64,000 nucleotides of DNA from contig NIVC01003423.1 of NCBI GenBank assembly GCA_002269645.1, positions 34,492-98,491 of the forward strand. Reading direction: 5' to 3'. Position numbers and translations under genes: made by a program. The notes beneath the pieces were generated by a model. It did no database searches, was not told the origin of the DNA, and saw only the letters and a program-made list of their open reading frames with translations. The stretch is from Macrostomum lignano (lineage: Eukaryota). Shown here piece by piece: positions 1 through 10,734 of the stretch; within the stretch, counting starts at the first letter, position 1, and every line of letters starts with the position of its first letter.

Positions 1-232
1 TTGTCAGGATGCTGGACTCAACTAGTGAGCACTGGCTTCCGGTGTCTAACAGCGCCTTCACACTTCTGCCATCAAGCTTGCACTCACACTGCGATAGTCG
101 GTCGGGCGCGACGCTGCATCCGTCGAAGATCCCGCCGACTGTGAGCGCCGGCCTTGAAGCCGCTGCTGCTGGGCCCGCAGTTACTGCTGGCCGGGGTTGC
201 GGGCCCGCACACCCCAGCCTCTGGCGTTTCCC
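1..232 (-). CDS. pol: Pol N-terminus: retropepsin (aspartic protease), -1 frame relative to gag, partial
   Basis: Frame not shown in the ORF track reads ...TVGGIFDGCSVAPDRLSQCECKLDGRSVKALLDTGSQCSLVESSIL; catalytic DTG at 46->38. Confidence 0.85.
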
Positions 233-986
233 GGCTGTCGCCTGCTGTAGCAATCTCTGGCAATGTGGCCTTGTGGCAGTTGTAGCAGATGATGTCAGAC
301 TTCGAACGGTGCTGCGGTCTCGTTGTGCTGCTCGTCCTCACTCCACAGGCTGCCAGCTGCTGCAGCTGGGAACTCAGGGTGCTCACCGATGCCTGCAGAC
401 TCTGCACAGTGTCCCGCAGCTCCTGAACTTCGCTGGATTGGCTCGACTGAGGTTGCACCGCTGCTGCTGGGATGCTTGGCGAGCTGTGCTGCATCAGTAG
501 CTGGGCCTTTTGAAGCGCTTGCTCTGAGGTCTTAACGCTGGAGTCCGCGCGAATCTGCCAGCTCACGGATTCGGGAAGGCCACAGACGAACTGATGGAAC
601 AGCAGAGCCTCTTGAGCATCTTTGTTGTCCACGGAGGAGCTTTTGAGCATCTTCTTTAACTCGTAAAGATACATGCGTAGAGTCTCATTCGACAAAATCT
701 TCCTTGATTTGAACGCCTCCATGACGGCGAAGTGCTCGCGGTTCGGGTGGAATGCATCATCCAATGCCTGGACTACTTTGTCGTAGTCTGCCTGATCTCC
801 TGCCGACAGTTCCAAATAAACGACGAGAGCCTCGCCATCCAAAAATGTGGCCAGTCGCTCCGCTTTGCACGTGTCCCACTTGTTGACTTTTGCGCATACA
901 TTGAAACGCTGCAGCCATTCCTTAAAGTTGCCGGTACTGAAAACTCTGGGCAGCGCTGCACTGGCGGTCAAACCTTTCTCAGCCAT
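181..986 (-). CDS. gag: Retrotransposon Gag, frameshifted in the zinc knuckle
   Basis: MAEKGLTASAALPRVFSTGNFKEWLQRF...LATFLDGEALVVY. The knuckle reads CYNCHK, then GHIARDC in another frame; the restored frame ends QPGNARGWGVRARNPGQQ* at 183-181. Confidence 0.85.
189..232 (-). promoter_or_regulatory. -1 programmed ribosomal frameshift signal
   Basis: Heptamer G GGA AAC (232->226) in the gag frame, 6-nt spacer, then GC-rich hairpin GGCTGGGGT-GTGCGGGCCCGCA-ACCCCGGCC (219->189). Confidence 0.75.
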
Positions 987-999
987 TCTAGAATAATTT

Positions 1000-1011
1000 G
1001 CTCTGCTACCA
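1000..1011 (-). promoter_or_regulatory. Primer binding site complementary to the initiator tRNA-Met 3' end
   Basis: TGGTAGCAGAGC lies 2 nt downstream of the LTR end; animal iMet tRNA ends CUCUGCUACCA. Confidence 0.8.
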
Positions 1012-1013
1012 GT

Positions 1014-1229
1014 TGTAGACTAAGGCAGAGAGATACAACTGAGAGTTGACGAAGCCTCTTGGCGTTTATTAGATCGATACGCAGGTTAAATACGATACAA
1101 CGATTGTTACATAACTGGATATAAAAGATAGAGACAGGGGTGGGTGAAAAGCACGTACATGCTGTACAATAGCAACCCCCACCCCACTCTAGCGACTGGC
1201 GCATACAAGTACACTTGCAACTCACTACA
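1014..1229 (-). repeat. 5' LTR (about 216 bp)
   Basis: TGTAG...CTACA inverted ends, AATAAA on the minus strand at about 1065-1070, followed by the PBS. Confidence 0.75.
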
Positions 1230-1230
1230 C

Positions 1231-1625
1231 TACCATCAAATCTGTAACACTTCAGTAATACCCCACCATCAAATCTGTAACACTTCAGTAATACCCCACC
1301 ATCACATCTGTAACACTTCAGTAATACCCCACCATCACATCTGTAACACTTTAGTAATACCCCACCATCAAATCTGTAACACTTCAGTAATACCCCACCA
1401 TCACATCTGTAACACTTCAGTAATACCCCACCATCACATCTGTAACACTTCAGTAATACCCCACCATCACATCTGTAACACTTCAGTAACAGCCCGCAAA
1501 CCCATCTGTAACACTTCAGTAACAGCCCACAAACCCTTCAGTAACAGCCCGCAAACCCATCTGTAACACTTCAGTAACAGCCCACAAACCCTTCAGTAAC
1601 AGCCCGCAAACCCATCTGTAACACT
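1231..1625. repeat. 33-bp minisatellite (ATCTGTAACACTTCAGTAATACCCCACCATCAC), degenerating to the right
   Basis: Direct tandem copies abutting the LTR. Confidence 0.95.
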
Positions 1626-2164
1626 CCAAGACTGCATAGACAGAAAAAGAAACTAAAAAGCTCCTGTTTTTAAACGGAGGCAGTATTTTCAAGAAATGTG
1701 GTGCGTTTATTAAACAAAAGCATCTAGTTTATACTTAATAAATGAAAATTCCGTTAAAACGCAGCTAAACTACTGTTTTAACACGGGCTTAAACACAGTT
1801 AAACACTGTTAGTGAACAATAAAATATTTATTAGAAAATTTTACAACAATTTACACCAATGCAGACATCCTGGTCCAATTCTCAGCTGTAAGAGTCAACA
1901 AACAAACAAGCAAAAAATTAATTAATAAAAAACAGCACGAAAATGATATTTAATTTTGTTGAAAGCCAATTTGCAATTCAAATAGAATTTCATTTCAATT
2001 CTATGAATTACTGAATATTAGCGACGTAGTACAGAATAGAAAAAGGCAAGTGCGAGATTAAAGACTGACTTCTGGTCTGTTGCAGTCAGCTTACGGATTG
2101 ATTGTCCCATAACTTTTGTTTTTGGCTGTCATACAGAATGCGCTGCCTCACAAACGAACACAGT

Positions 2165-2910
2165 GATGACAGGCCTACAAAGGACCGCAGTGATAGAGGC
2201 AGCCCTACAAAGGACCGCAGTGATAGAGGCAGCCCTACAAAGGACCGCAGTGATAGTGGCAGCCCTACAAAGGACCGCAGTGATAGTGGCAGCCCTACAA
2301 AGGACCGCAGTGATAGAGGCAGCCCTACAAAGGACCGCAGTGATAGTGGCAGCCCTACAAAGGACCGCAGTGATAGTGGCAGCCCTACAAAGGACCGCAG
2401 TGATAGTGGCAGCCCTACAAAGGACCGCAGTGATAGTGGCAGCCCTACAAAGGACCGCAGTGATAGAGGCAGCCCTACAAAGGACCGCAGTGATAGTGGC
2501 AGCCCTACAAAGGACCGCAGTGATAGTGGCAGCCCTACAAAGGACCGCAGTGATAGTGGCAGCCCTACAAAGGACCACGGTGATAGTGGCAGCCCTACAA
2601 AGGACCACGGTGATAGTGGCAGCCCTACAAAGGACCGCAGTGATAGTGGCAGCCCTACAAAGGACCGCAGTGATAGAGGCAGCCCTACAAAGGACCGCAG
2701 TGATAGTGGCAGCCCTACAAAGGACCGCAGTGATAGTGGCAGCCCTACAAAGGACCGCAGTGATAGTGGCAGCCCTACAAAGGACCGCAGTGATAGTGGC
2801 AGCCCTACAAAGGACCGCAGTGATAGTGGCAGCCCTACAAAGGACCGCAGTGATAGTGGCAGCCCTACAAAGGACCGCAGTGATAGTGGCAGCCCTACAA
2901 AGGACCACAG
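2165..2910. repeat. 30-bp minisatellite (GCAGCCCTACAAAGGACCGCAGTGATAGTG), about 25 copies
   Basis: Near-perfect tandem copies; explains the four overlapping ORFs. Confidence 0.97.
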
Positions 2911-3571
2911 TAAAAAAAATAATGAATTACACATATATTGCAAATGACAGTCTGCACTGAACTGTATAAAACTGTCACAATGATAAAAGGCTTCAGAAAA
3001 ATATTAATTCAGATCCATCTAAAGTGTCACAGCAACTTGTATGAGAAGGCCAAAGCCAGGATGATTGGCAGAACATGTAAAGCTGGGGAGGAGCAAAATT
3101 AATTAGTTTGAAAACTTCAAAAAATATACATTTAGCAGGAGTTATCCTAATATGGGATAATTCTATGCATATAAAGCAGCTTTAAGGACTATTAAAAAAG
3201 TTGAAGAATTCGAAGGAGCAGGGAAAGTAAAACAAAGCGATCCAAGCAGGTTAGTAAAAAACAGTAAGCTAGACATAACACTGACTAGACTGCTGCGTGC
3301 AATTATTAAAATAATCTCCGCGCGCAGCATTCGAATTAAACTACTGCTTGAAGCTCCAATAGTAGGCAAGCAAACATATTGCAGTCTAAATTGAATAAAA
3401 CAATATAAATAAATATAGTTATTGCAGAAGAAAAGCAAACAACACGATTTCTATTTAGTCTCCAGATACTGGTAAATGCAAGTCCAGTGCAAAAAATCTA
3501 TTTAGGGCCAGATTTATACTACTGAACAGTAGCAATTAGCGGTTTCTTAAAAGAAACTCTCGTTTTATATT

Positions 3572-3764
3572 TTAACCTGCACCGTCTCCGCTGGCACTGT
3601 GCCAAGCCGCGGCGGCAGTGGCGATGGTTTTGCGCTTCTCCCGATCGTGTCTGATGCCGCGATACAGGGACCGCGTCATCACGCCTGATAGGGAGGTCGC
3701 TTGCTGCTGCTGCTGCTGCGAATGATTTTCGCCCGATGGCAGAGGCGGCGTGTCTGATAGAGAG
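3572..3764 (-). CDS. MTUS1/2-like: MTUS-family gene, probable last coding exon
   Basis: Acceptor ttttgcag, phase 2; reads SLSDTPPLPSGENHSQQQQQQ...GDGAG*. GTTAAA at the end could instead be a donor. Confidence 0.6.
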
Positions 3765-3859
3765 CTGCAAAATGCGATTTAGAGATTTTTGTCAGTGAAT
3801 AGCATAAAGAATGCATGTCACTCTGCGCCTCAACAACCCTGAGCCTGGATCTTTGTCAC

Positions 3860-4560
3860 TCCGATGTCACTCTTGCTATAGGTTACATTATCACTCTCTT
3901 AACTCGCATCTGTCACTCCACCTACTTCTAGTTCTGTCACTCCATTGTCACTCTACCTACTCCTAGTTCTGTCACTTAATTCTCAACCTACCTAATCGTA
4001 TTACTGTCACTCCATCTTCACTCTACCTACTCGTATTTCTGTCACTCCATTGTCGCTTTACCTACTAGTTCTGTCACTCCATTGTCACTCTACCTACTCC
4101 TAGTTCTCTCACTCCATTCTCACTCTACCTAATCGTATTTCTGTCACTCCATTGTCACTCTACCTACTCCTAGTTCTGTCGCTCCATTGTCACTCTACTT
4201 ACTCTTAGTTCTGTCACTCCATTGTCACTCTACCTACTCCTAGTTCTGTCACTCCATTGTCACTCTACCTACTCCTAGTTCTGTCACTCCATTGTCACTC
4301 TACCTACTCCTAGTTCTCTCACTCCATTCTCACTCTACCTAATCGTATTTGTCACTCCATTGTCACTCTACCTACTCCTAGTTCTATCACTCCATTGTCA
4401 CTCTACCTACTCCTAGTTCTGTCACTCCATTCTCACTTTACCTACTCTTAGTTCTGTCACTCCATTGTCACTCTTTTCACGTGTAATTCTTGTCAATCCA
4501 TTGCCACTTTACCTACTCGTCTTTCTGTCAATTTTTTTCTCACTCTCTACTCGCATCTTT
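3860..4560. repeat. 35-bp intronic minisatellite (CTGTCACTCCATTGTCACTCTACCTACTCCTAGTT)
   Basis: Tandem copies within intron 3765-4664. Confidence 0.95.
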
Positions 4561-4664
4561 CACTCTGGCTGTCACTCAGCTGTCACTCTAAATCTAAAGC
4601 CACGCCTGTCACTTTTCCAAGCAGCCCCTTATCAGTCAAGAATTTCTTAGAAAGCAGCACTCAC

Positions 4665-4811
4665 ATAGCGGCCATACTCTGGCTCATATAATTTTGCTCA
4701 AGTGTTTCCATTTTAAATTTCAATTCCTCGTAGTTCATGCTGAGCCGACTCTTGGCCTTGTACTCCTGATCGAATTTGCGAAGCAACATCTGATGCTTCT
4801 CGTGGAGCAGC
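4665..4811 (-). CDS. MTUS1/2-like: MTUS-family exon (conserved C-terminal coiled coil)
   Basis: tccag|...|gtgagt. LLHEKHQMLLRKFDQEYKAKSRLSMNYEELKFKM aligns without gaps to the MTUS1 ESKVNKRLSMENEELLWKL motif as recalled. Confidence 0.8.
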
Positions 4812-4886
4812 CTGGACAGGTGAGTAGATTGAGGCGAGTCATTTAGCTTCCTTAAAATTTGGAAATCCTTACAGTGGAAAACTTAC

Positions 4887-5104
4887 TTCTCATTCTCAGT
4901 CTTCATAGCCAGTATAGCTTCCAGATTCTCAATCTTGCACTGCATCTGCACAGCCTTCTCGCGCATCTCCTTCATCCCGGCCAGCCGCTCCTCAGCCTCC
5001 ATTCGCTGCTTGCGCTGCTCAGACACTTCACGAGTCCGCAGCTCCAGCACCGACTTCAACGAGGCGATCTCGTCTGGCAGGTTGCGATAGCTGGCTAAGG
5101 CGGC
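4887..5104 (-). CDS. MTUS1/2-like: MTUS-family exon (coiled coil)
   Basis: tttaag|...|gtaagt. EIASLKSVLELR resembles MTUS1 ELESLKAVLEIK, at the same spacing from the RLSM motif. Confidence 0.8.
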
Positions 5105-5179
5105 CTTAAAATAGTAGTTAGAAAGTAGTATGAGTAAAATATGAGCAGTTAAAGGGAAACCCCACAAATGGGAAATCCA

Positions 5180-6020
5180 TTTTGTAGGGAAAAACACTTA
5201 ATGGAAAATCCATTGTGTCAGGAAAACCCCGAACGGGAAATCTATAGTGTAGGGGAAACCCCGAACGGGAAATCTATAGTGTAGGGGAAACCCCGAACGG
5301 GAAATCTATAGTGTAGGGGGAACCCCCAAATGGGAAATCCATTGTGTCAGGGAAACCCAGAACGGGAAATCTTTAGTGTAGGGGAAACCCCCAAATGGGA
5401 AATCCACTGTGTCAAGGAAACCCCGAACGGGAAATCTATAGTGTAGGGGAAATCCCCAAATTGGAAATCCATTGTGTCAGGGAAACCCCGAACGGGAAAT
5501 CTATAGTGTAGGGGAAACCCCCAAATGGGAAATCCATTGTGTCAGGGAAACCCTGAACGGGAAATCTATAGTGTAGGGGAAACCCCCAAATGGGAAATCC
5601 ACTGTGTCAGGGAAACCCCGAACGGGAAATCTATAGTGTAGGGGAAACCCCCAAATGGGAAATCCACTGTGTCAAGGAAACCCCGAACGGGAAATCTATA
5701 GTGTAGGGGAAATCCCCAAATTGGAAATCCATTGTGTCAGGGAAACCCCGAACGGGAAATCTATAGTGTAGGGGAAACCCCCAAATGGGAAATCCATTGT
5801 GTCAGGGAAACCCTGAACGGGAAATCTATCGTGTAGTGGAAACCCTTAAATGGAAAAATCCATTGTCGCGGGGAAAACCACGAACGGGAAATCTATTGTT
5901 GCAGGGAAACCTCCGAATAGGAAATCCATTTTGGCAGGAAATACCGAATAGATAATAAATTGTGGTATGGAAACCCCTGAATGGGAATTTCATGGTGTAG
6001 GTAAAACCCCGAAAGGGAAA
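5180..6020. repeat. About 59-bp dimeric minisatellite (two alternating ~30-bp GGGAAA-rich subunits)
   Basis: GGGAAACCCCGAACGGGAAATCTATAGTGTAG alternates with GGGAAACCCCCAAATGGGAAATCCATTGTGTCA. Confidence 0.95.
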
Positions 6021-6067
6021 TCCCTACTTAAAGTCAAGTGTCATTGATAATAATTAAAATATTTCAC

Positions 6068-6739
6068 CTGTAATTCGGCCACTTCAGCTTGCAAAGCGCT
6101 GACGGCAGAACCCGATGGCGACTGCATTTGCACCAGAGGAGCGATTGGACGCTCATCTCCGTCGAGGACAGACGAAACCCGGGCCTGAGACTGGCGCTGA
6201 TTGGTTGAACTGGCTGAGCTCCTGACACTGCCGCCGTGTCTCAACTGGATAGAGGATTCCGGAGTCTCAGCGATCGATTCACACAGGGGCATTGGGAAAT
6301 CTGGATCCTTAGTCTGAGATTCCGACTTTTCAGGATGAGATTCCGATTTCTTTGGGTGAGATTCCGACTTCTCAGGATGAGATTCCGATTTTTCTTGGTG
6401 AGACTCCGACTTCTCGGGATGAGATTCCGATTTCTCTGGGTGAGATTCCGATTTGTCTTGGTGAGATTCAGATTTCTCAGGATGAGATTCCGATTTTTCT
6501 TGGTGAGACTCCGATTTTTCTTGGTGAGATTCCGATTTCTCTAGATGAGAATCCAATTTCTCTGGGTGAGATTCCGATTTCACCGGGTGAGATTCTAAAA
6601 TCTCACTATAAGATTCTTGCAATTCTTCGGCACAAACTTCCATACTAAGCGAATGAAATTCCAAATCAGTTGATACAGCTTTCGATTCAGTAGGTTGAGT
6701 CTTCGCAGACAGTTTCTGTTGAAATTCTTCCGTGATCTC
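6068..6739 (-). CDS. MTUS1/2-like: MTUS-family exon with ESHPEKS 7-aa repeats
   Basis: ttttcag|GAG...CAG|gtgaaa; 672 bp, phase 0/0; 21-bp coding repeat at about 6300-6600. Confidence 0.75.
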
Positions 6740-6866
6740 CTGAAAATTATAAAACAAAATTAATAAAGCATAATTTAATTGGCGAAAACTTGATTTTTTC
6801 ACACAGCCGACATGTAGCGAAAAAAACTTTGCAAAGCAATTTTTATACACTAACAGCAAAACTTAC

Positions 6867-7015
6867 CAGAATTTTTGCATCGGAAGCGTAGACCTTCTCC
6901 TTGAGCGAGGCGGACTCAAACTGGGTCATAGACAGCTGGGACTGCAGTTCGGCAATAGCCGCCTCGAATTTGCTGGCCTGATCGCTTAGTTTGACCTCGT
7001 GACGCTGCTCGGAAT
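6867..7015 (-). CDS. MTUS1/2-like: MTUS-family exon
   Basis: ttttcag|...|gtaagt; SEQRHEVKLSDQASKFEAAIAELQSQL...; phase 1/0. Confidence 0.75.
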
Positions 7016-7095
7016 CTGAAAATTTAATCAGAATGTATTCGCATATTTGCTAATACAGCTACTGAGAAAAGTAGCAATATGAACACTTTTTTTAC

Positions 7096-7201
7096 CATGC
7101 ATTGCTTTAGAATTCTGCTCGGCAATGGATTGCAATTCTTGGCTGTGGAGAGCCTGCTGCTGATCCAGCGTTGTCTGATGCTGCTGGGCCAAGGCAGACA
7201 A
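7096..7201 (-). CDS. MTUS1/2-like: MTUS-family exon
   Basis: ccgcag|...|gtaaaa; LSALAQQHQTTLDQQQALHSQELQSIAEQNSKAMH; phase 0/1. Confidence 0.7.
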
Positions 7202-7254
7202 CTGCGGAGTGAGGCAATTAAAAAGTACAAAATTATGAGTTTATTTTAAACCTC

Positions 7255-8515
7255 CTCTCACCTGCCCATCTCTACTCTCATCTGCCCACCTCTCCTCTCA
7301 CCTGCCCATCTCTACTCTCACCTGCCCATCTCTACTCTCACCTGCCCACCTCTACTCTAACCTGCTCATCTATTGTCTCACCTGCCTCTCTCCTCTCACC
7401 TGCCCATCTCTACACTCACCTGCCCATCTCTCCTCTCACCTGCCCATATCACCTCTCACCTGCCCATCTCTACTCTCACCTGCCCATATCACCTCTCACC
7501 TGCCCATCTCTACTCTCACCTGCCCATCTCTCCTCTCACCTGCCCATCTCTATTCTAACCTGCCTATCTATCGTCTCACCTGCCCATCTCTCCTCTCACC
7601 TGCCCATATCACCTCTCACCTTCCCATCTCTACTCTCACCTGCCCATCTCTCCTCTCACCTGCCCATCTGTCCTCTCACCTGCCGATCTCTCCTCTCACC
7701 TGCCCATCTGTCCTCTCACCTGCCGATCTCTCCTCTCACCTGCCCATCTGTCTTCTCACCTGCCGATCTCTCCTCTCACCTGCCCATCTGTCCTCTCACC
7801 TGCCCATCTCTCCTCTCACCTGCCGATCTCTCCTCTCACCTGCCGATCTCTCCTCTCACCTGCCGATCTCTCCTCTCACCTGCCCATCTGTCCTCTCACC
7901 TGCCGATCTCTCCTCTCACCTGCCCATCTGTCCTCTCACCTGCCGATCTCTCCTCTCACCTGCCCATCTGTCCTCTCACCTGCCGATCTCTCCTCTCACC
8001 TGCCCATCTGTCCTCTCACCTGCCGATCTCTCCTCTCACCTGCCCATCTCTCCTCTCACCTGCCCATCTGTCCTCTCACCTGCCGATCTCTCCTCTCACC
8101 TGCCGATCTCTCCTCTCACCTGCCCATCTGTCCTCTCTTCTGCCGATCTCTCCTCTCACCTGCCCATCTGTCCTCTCACCTGCCGATCTCTCCTCTCACC
8201 TGCCCATCTGTCCTCTCACCTGCCGATCTCTCCTCTCACCTGCCCATCTGTCCTCTCACCTGCCGATCTCTCCTCTCACCTGCCCATCTCTCCTCTCACC
8301 TGCCCATCTGTCCTCTCACCTGCCGATCTCTCCTCTCACCTGCCGATCTCTCCTCTCACCTGCCCATCTCTCCTCTCACCTGCCCATCTCTCCTCTCACC
8401 TGCCCATCTCTCCTCTCACCTGCCCATCTCTCCTCTCACCTGCCCATCTGTCCTCTCACCTGCCGATCTCTCCTCTCACCTGCCCATCTCTCCTCTCACC
8501 TGCCCATCTCACTTC
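7255..8515. repeat. 20-bp intronic minisatellite (TCTCCTCTCACCTGCCCATC), about 60 copies
   Basis: Fills almost all of intron 7202-8536. Confidence 0.97.
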
Positions 8516-8536
8516 TCACACTAATCCAAGCCTCAC

Positions 8537-8965
8537 CTGCTCAGCATGCGCAGTCCTAACTGACTCGATCTCCAACTTGGCTCGTTCAGTCAACTCCAAC
8601 CGCTGCGCTTCCAGCTGACGCCGCAGGTGTTCAACAGCCCGACGCCACAGTGGCGCATTGAATCCGTCGATTCTGGCAGCATAGCCGCACACAACGGCGA
8701 GAGATTCAACCGTCAGGGCGAGTCGGCGACACTCGGCAAGAGCGGCGTCTCTAGCCGATCGCGCATCCGATGCGGCCAACAAGGCGGCCTCTTTCTCAGC
8801 TTCGGCGGCGGCTGCTGCGGCGGCCGATTCAATAGCGGCGGCGGCCAGCGCCGAGGCCGAGGCTGCAGAGGCCGCAGACGGCGTGCTGCGGCCGGAAGCC
8901 AGAGAGGCCGTCAGCGAATCCCGTCGATTGGCTGCGGTCGACGATGAAGACGCGTTCACAGACGG
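8537..8965 (-). CDS. MTUS1/2-like: MTUS-family exon (start of coiled coil)
   Basis: cacgcag|...CAG|gtgagg; 429 bp, phase 0/0; ...RRLALTVESLAVVCGY...RRQLEAQRLEL. Confidence 0.75.
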
Positions 8966-8989
8966 CTGCGTGAGGATGAAGACGGATAT

Positions 8990-9205
8990 AGATTTCTGAA
9001 TCTGAGAGATTAGATCTATCAATCTGAGAGATTAGATTTATCAATCTGAGAGATAAGATTTATCAATCTGAGAGATTAGATTTGTCAATATGAGATTAGA
9101 TTTGTCAATATGAGATTAGATTTGTCAATCTGAGATTAGATTTGTCAATCTGAGAGATTAGATTGCTGAATCTGAGAGATTAGATTTCTGAATTTGAGAT
9201 ATTAG
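8990..9205. repeat. 20/22-bp intronic minisatellite (TGAGATTAGATTTGTCAATC)
   Basis: About 10 tandem copies. Confidence 0.9.
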
Positions 9206-9272
9206 ACTTTCGCACCGAGCTACTGACAAAAAATTCTAAGTAGACAGTTCAGGACATACGAGTATGACTTAC

Positions 9273-9478
9273 CCGTCTGCTTCCATTTATTTGTTTAGAA
9301 CTCGTGGCTGGCGCCTTCGATGGGACGTTGTTTGACTTAACTGGGCCCGATGTTGAAGCTCCTATGCTAGACGCCAGCGTTGATCGCTGCGTCCTGTCAC
9401 TGGTAGCAGAGGCTGCCGTCTGATGCTTCCTGACTTGCTGCTTGCTTGAGGCCTGTCTGTCAGCCACTGAGCTGCGGG
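9273..9478 (-). CDS. MTUS1/2-like: MTUS-family exon (Ser/Thr/Lys-rich)
   Basis: caacgcag|...|gtaagt; TRSSVADRQASSKQQ...INGSRR; phase 1/0. Confidence 0.7.
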
Positions 9479-9577
9479 CTGCGTTGTATGGGGTGAGTAA
9501 GCATTATAGCCCAGCAACTGACACTCTGGGAGGCCCAGCAACTGAGGATTTTGAGCAACAAGAGCAGCAAAACTCAC

Positions 9578-10057
9578 TGGAGGTAGAAGCAATAGACGAC
9601 TTGCGGGAAGAAGCCTGGGACACAGACGACTTGCTGATACTGGCGCCCAAATCGGCTGTAGAAGTTCTGGCGCCGCCGCTTACAGTCTTAGCGCTGGTCG
9701 CAGGCTTGTCAGCGCCAATCGCAGTTTTAGCGCCAGACGGATTATCTTTGGCGCCAATCGTCGTTTTAGCGCCATTATCTGCTTTGGCGCCAATTGCCGT
9801 TTTGGAGCCGATTGCCGTTTTGGCGCCAATCGCCGTTTTAGCACCATTATCTGTTTTGGCGCCAATTACCGTTCTGGCGCCGATTGCCGTTTTGGTGCCA
9901 ATCGCCGTTTTAGCGCCATTATCTGATATGGCGCCAATTGCCGTTTTAGCGCCGGTTTTACTAGGCACTTTCAATGCAGATACGGGGGCTACCCTGGACG
10001 CAGTAGTTGATGCCGTCGGTTTCACCGTTGTCAAAGATGGCCTTCGATTCATTTCAA
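9578..10057 (-). CDS. MTUS1/2-like: MTUS-family exon with AKTAIG hexapeptide repeats
   Basis: ttaacag|...|gtgagt; 480 bp, phase 1/1. Confidence 0.7.
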
Positions 10058-10734
10058 CTGTTAAGATTGCATGTAGATTAATTTTGGTTCATACTAGGCG
10101 CTTTATTTCGTACAGGATTAGCAGGATTAGACAGTCATTCATTCATATACTTGCTTAACCTGACCAACCAATATCTGACTCACAGATAATGCCCCTGTGC
10201 TCTACCCTGCTCAGGCGGTGAGGGGTGGGTGGAGGTGACGGTGCGGATTAGCTACCCCTCAACCCCTAGATCTTTCTCTTTTATACTCCTGTAAAACTTC
10301 CCCAGGTTTTAGTCTCTTACCCAACTGTTGTATCAGATCAGGCGGGCAGCAATGGCATAGCAAATAGCGCAGCTTTACTGTCAGCACAGCTGTATGCCAA
10401 ATTCTGCACACATAAATAATTTAAACGGCTTTTTTTCTTCTCTAGTTGGATTTCGTCTCTTAATTGATTACTGCTAGTCAGTAGTACGTTTTAAAATTTA
10501 ACGTACCGATAATTCAAGAAAACAATTGTTCATATTCTAAACTAGAAGTTACAGAGGTACAGCTCAGTAGTAAAACACGTAAAACGGATTCCATTTGTAT
10601 TATAACGAACTAATAAAATGCAAACCCGGAAAATAAAAACATCCAAACAAATGTTTAAATCTAATGGAGAAAATACTGGTAGCAAGGAACAAAGCTTAAA
10701 AAACAAATAACAGTTTAGAGTCGAGGTAAATAAC

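Larger units (their letters stand above)
1..1229 (-). mobile_element. Ty3/Gypsy-type LTR retrotransposon, 5' part (runs off the left edge of the window)
   Basis: LTR, PBS, gag with CCHC knuckle, slippery site and aspartic protease occur in the canonical order on the minus strand. Confidence 0.9.

Noticed and set aside
2086-2960. Four long overlapping ORFs (e.g. SPTKDRSDSG repeats)
   Set aside because: Products of a stop-poor 30-bp minisatellite; no unique coding flanks or convincing splice sites.
3163-3438. ORF 3' of the MTUS gene
   Set aside because: No recognisable motif or splice support.
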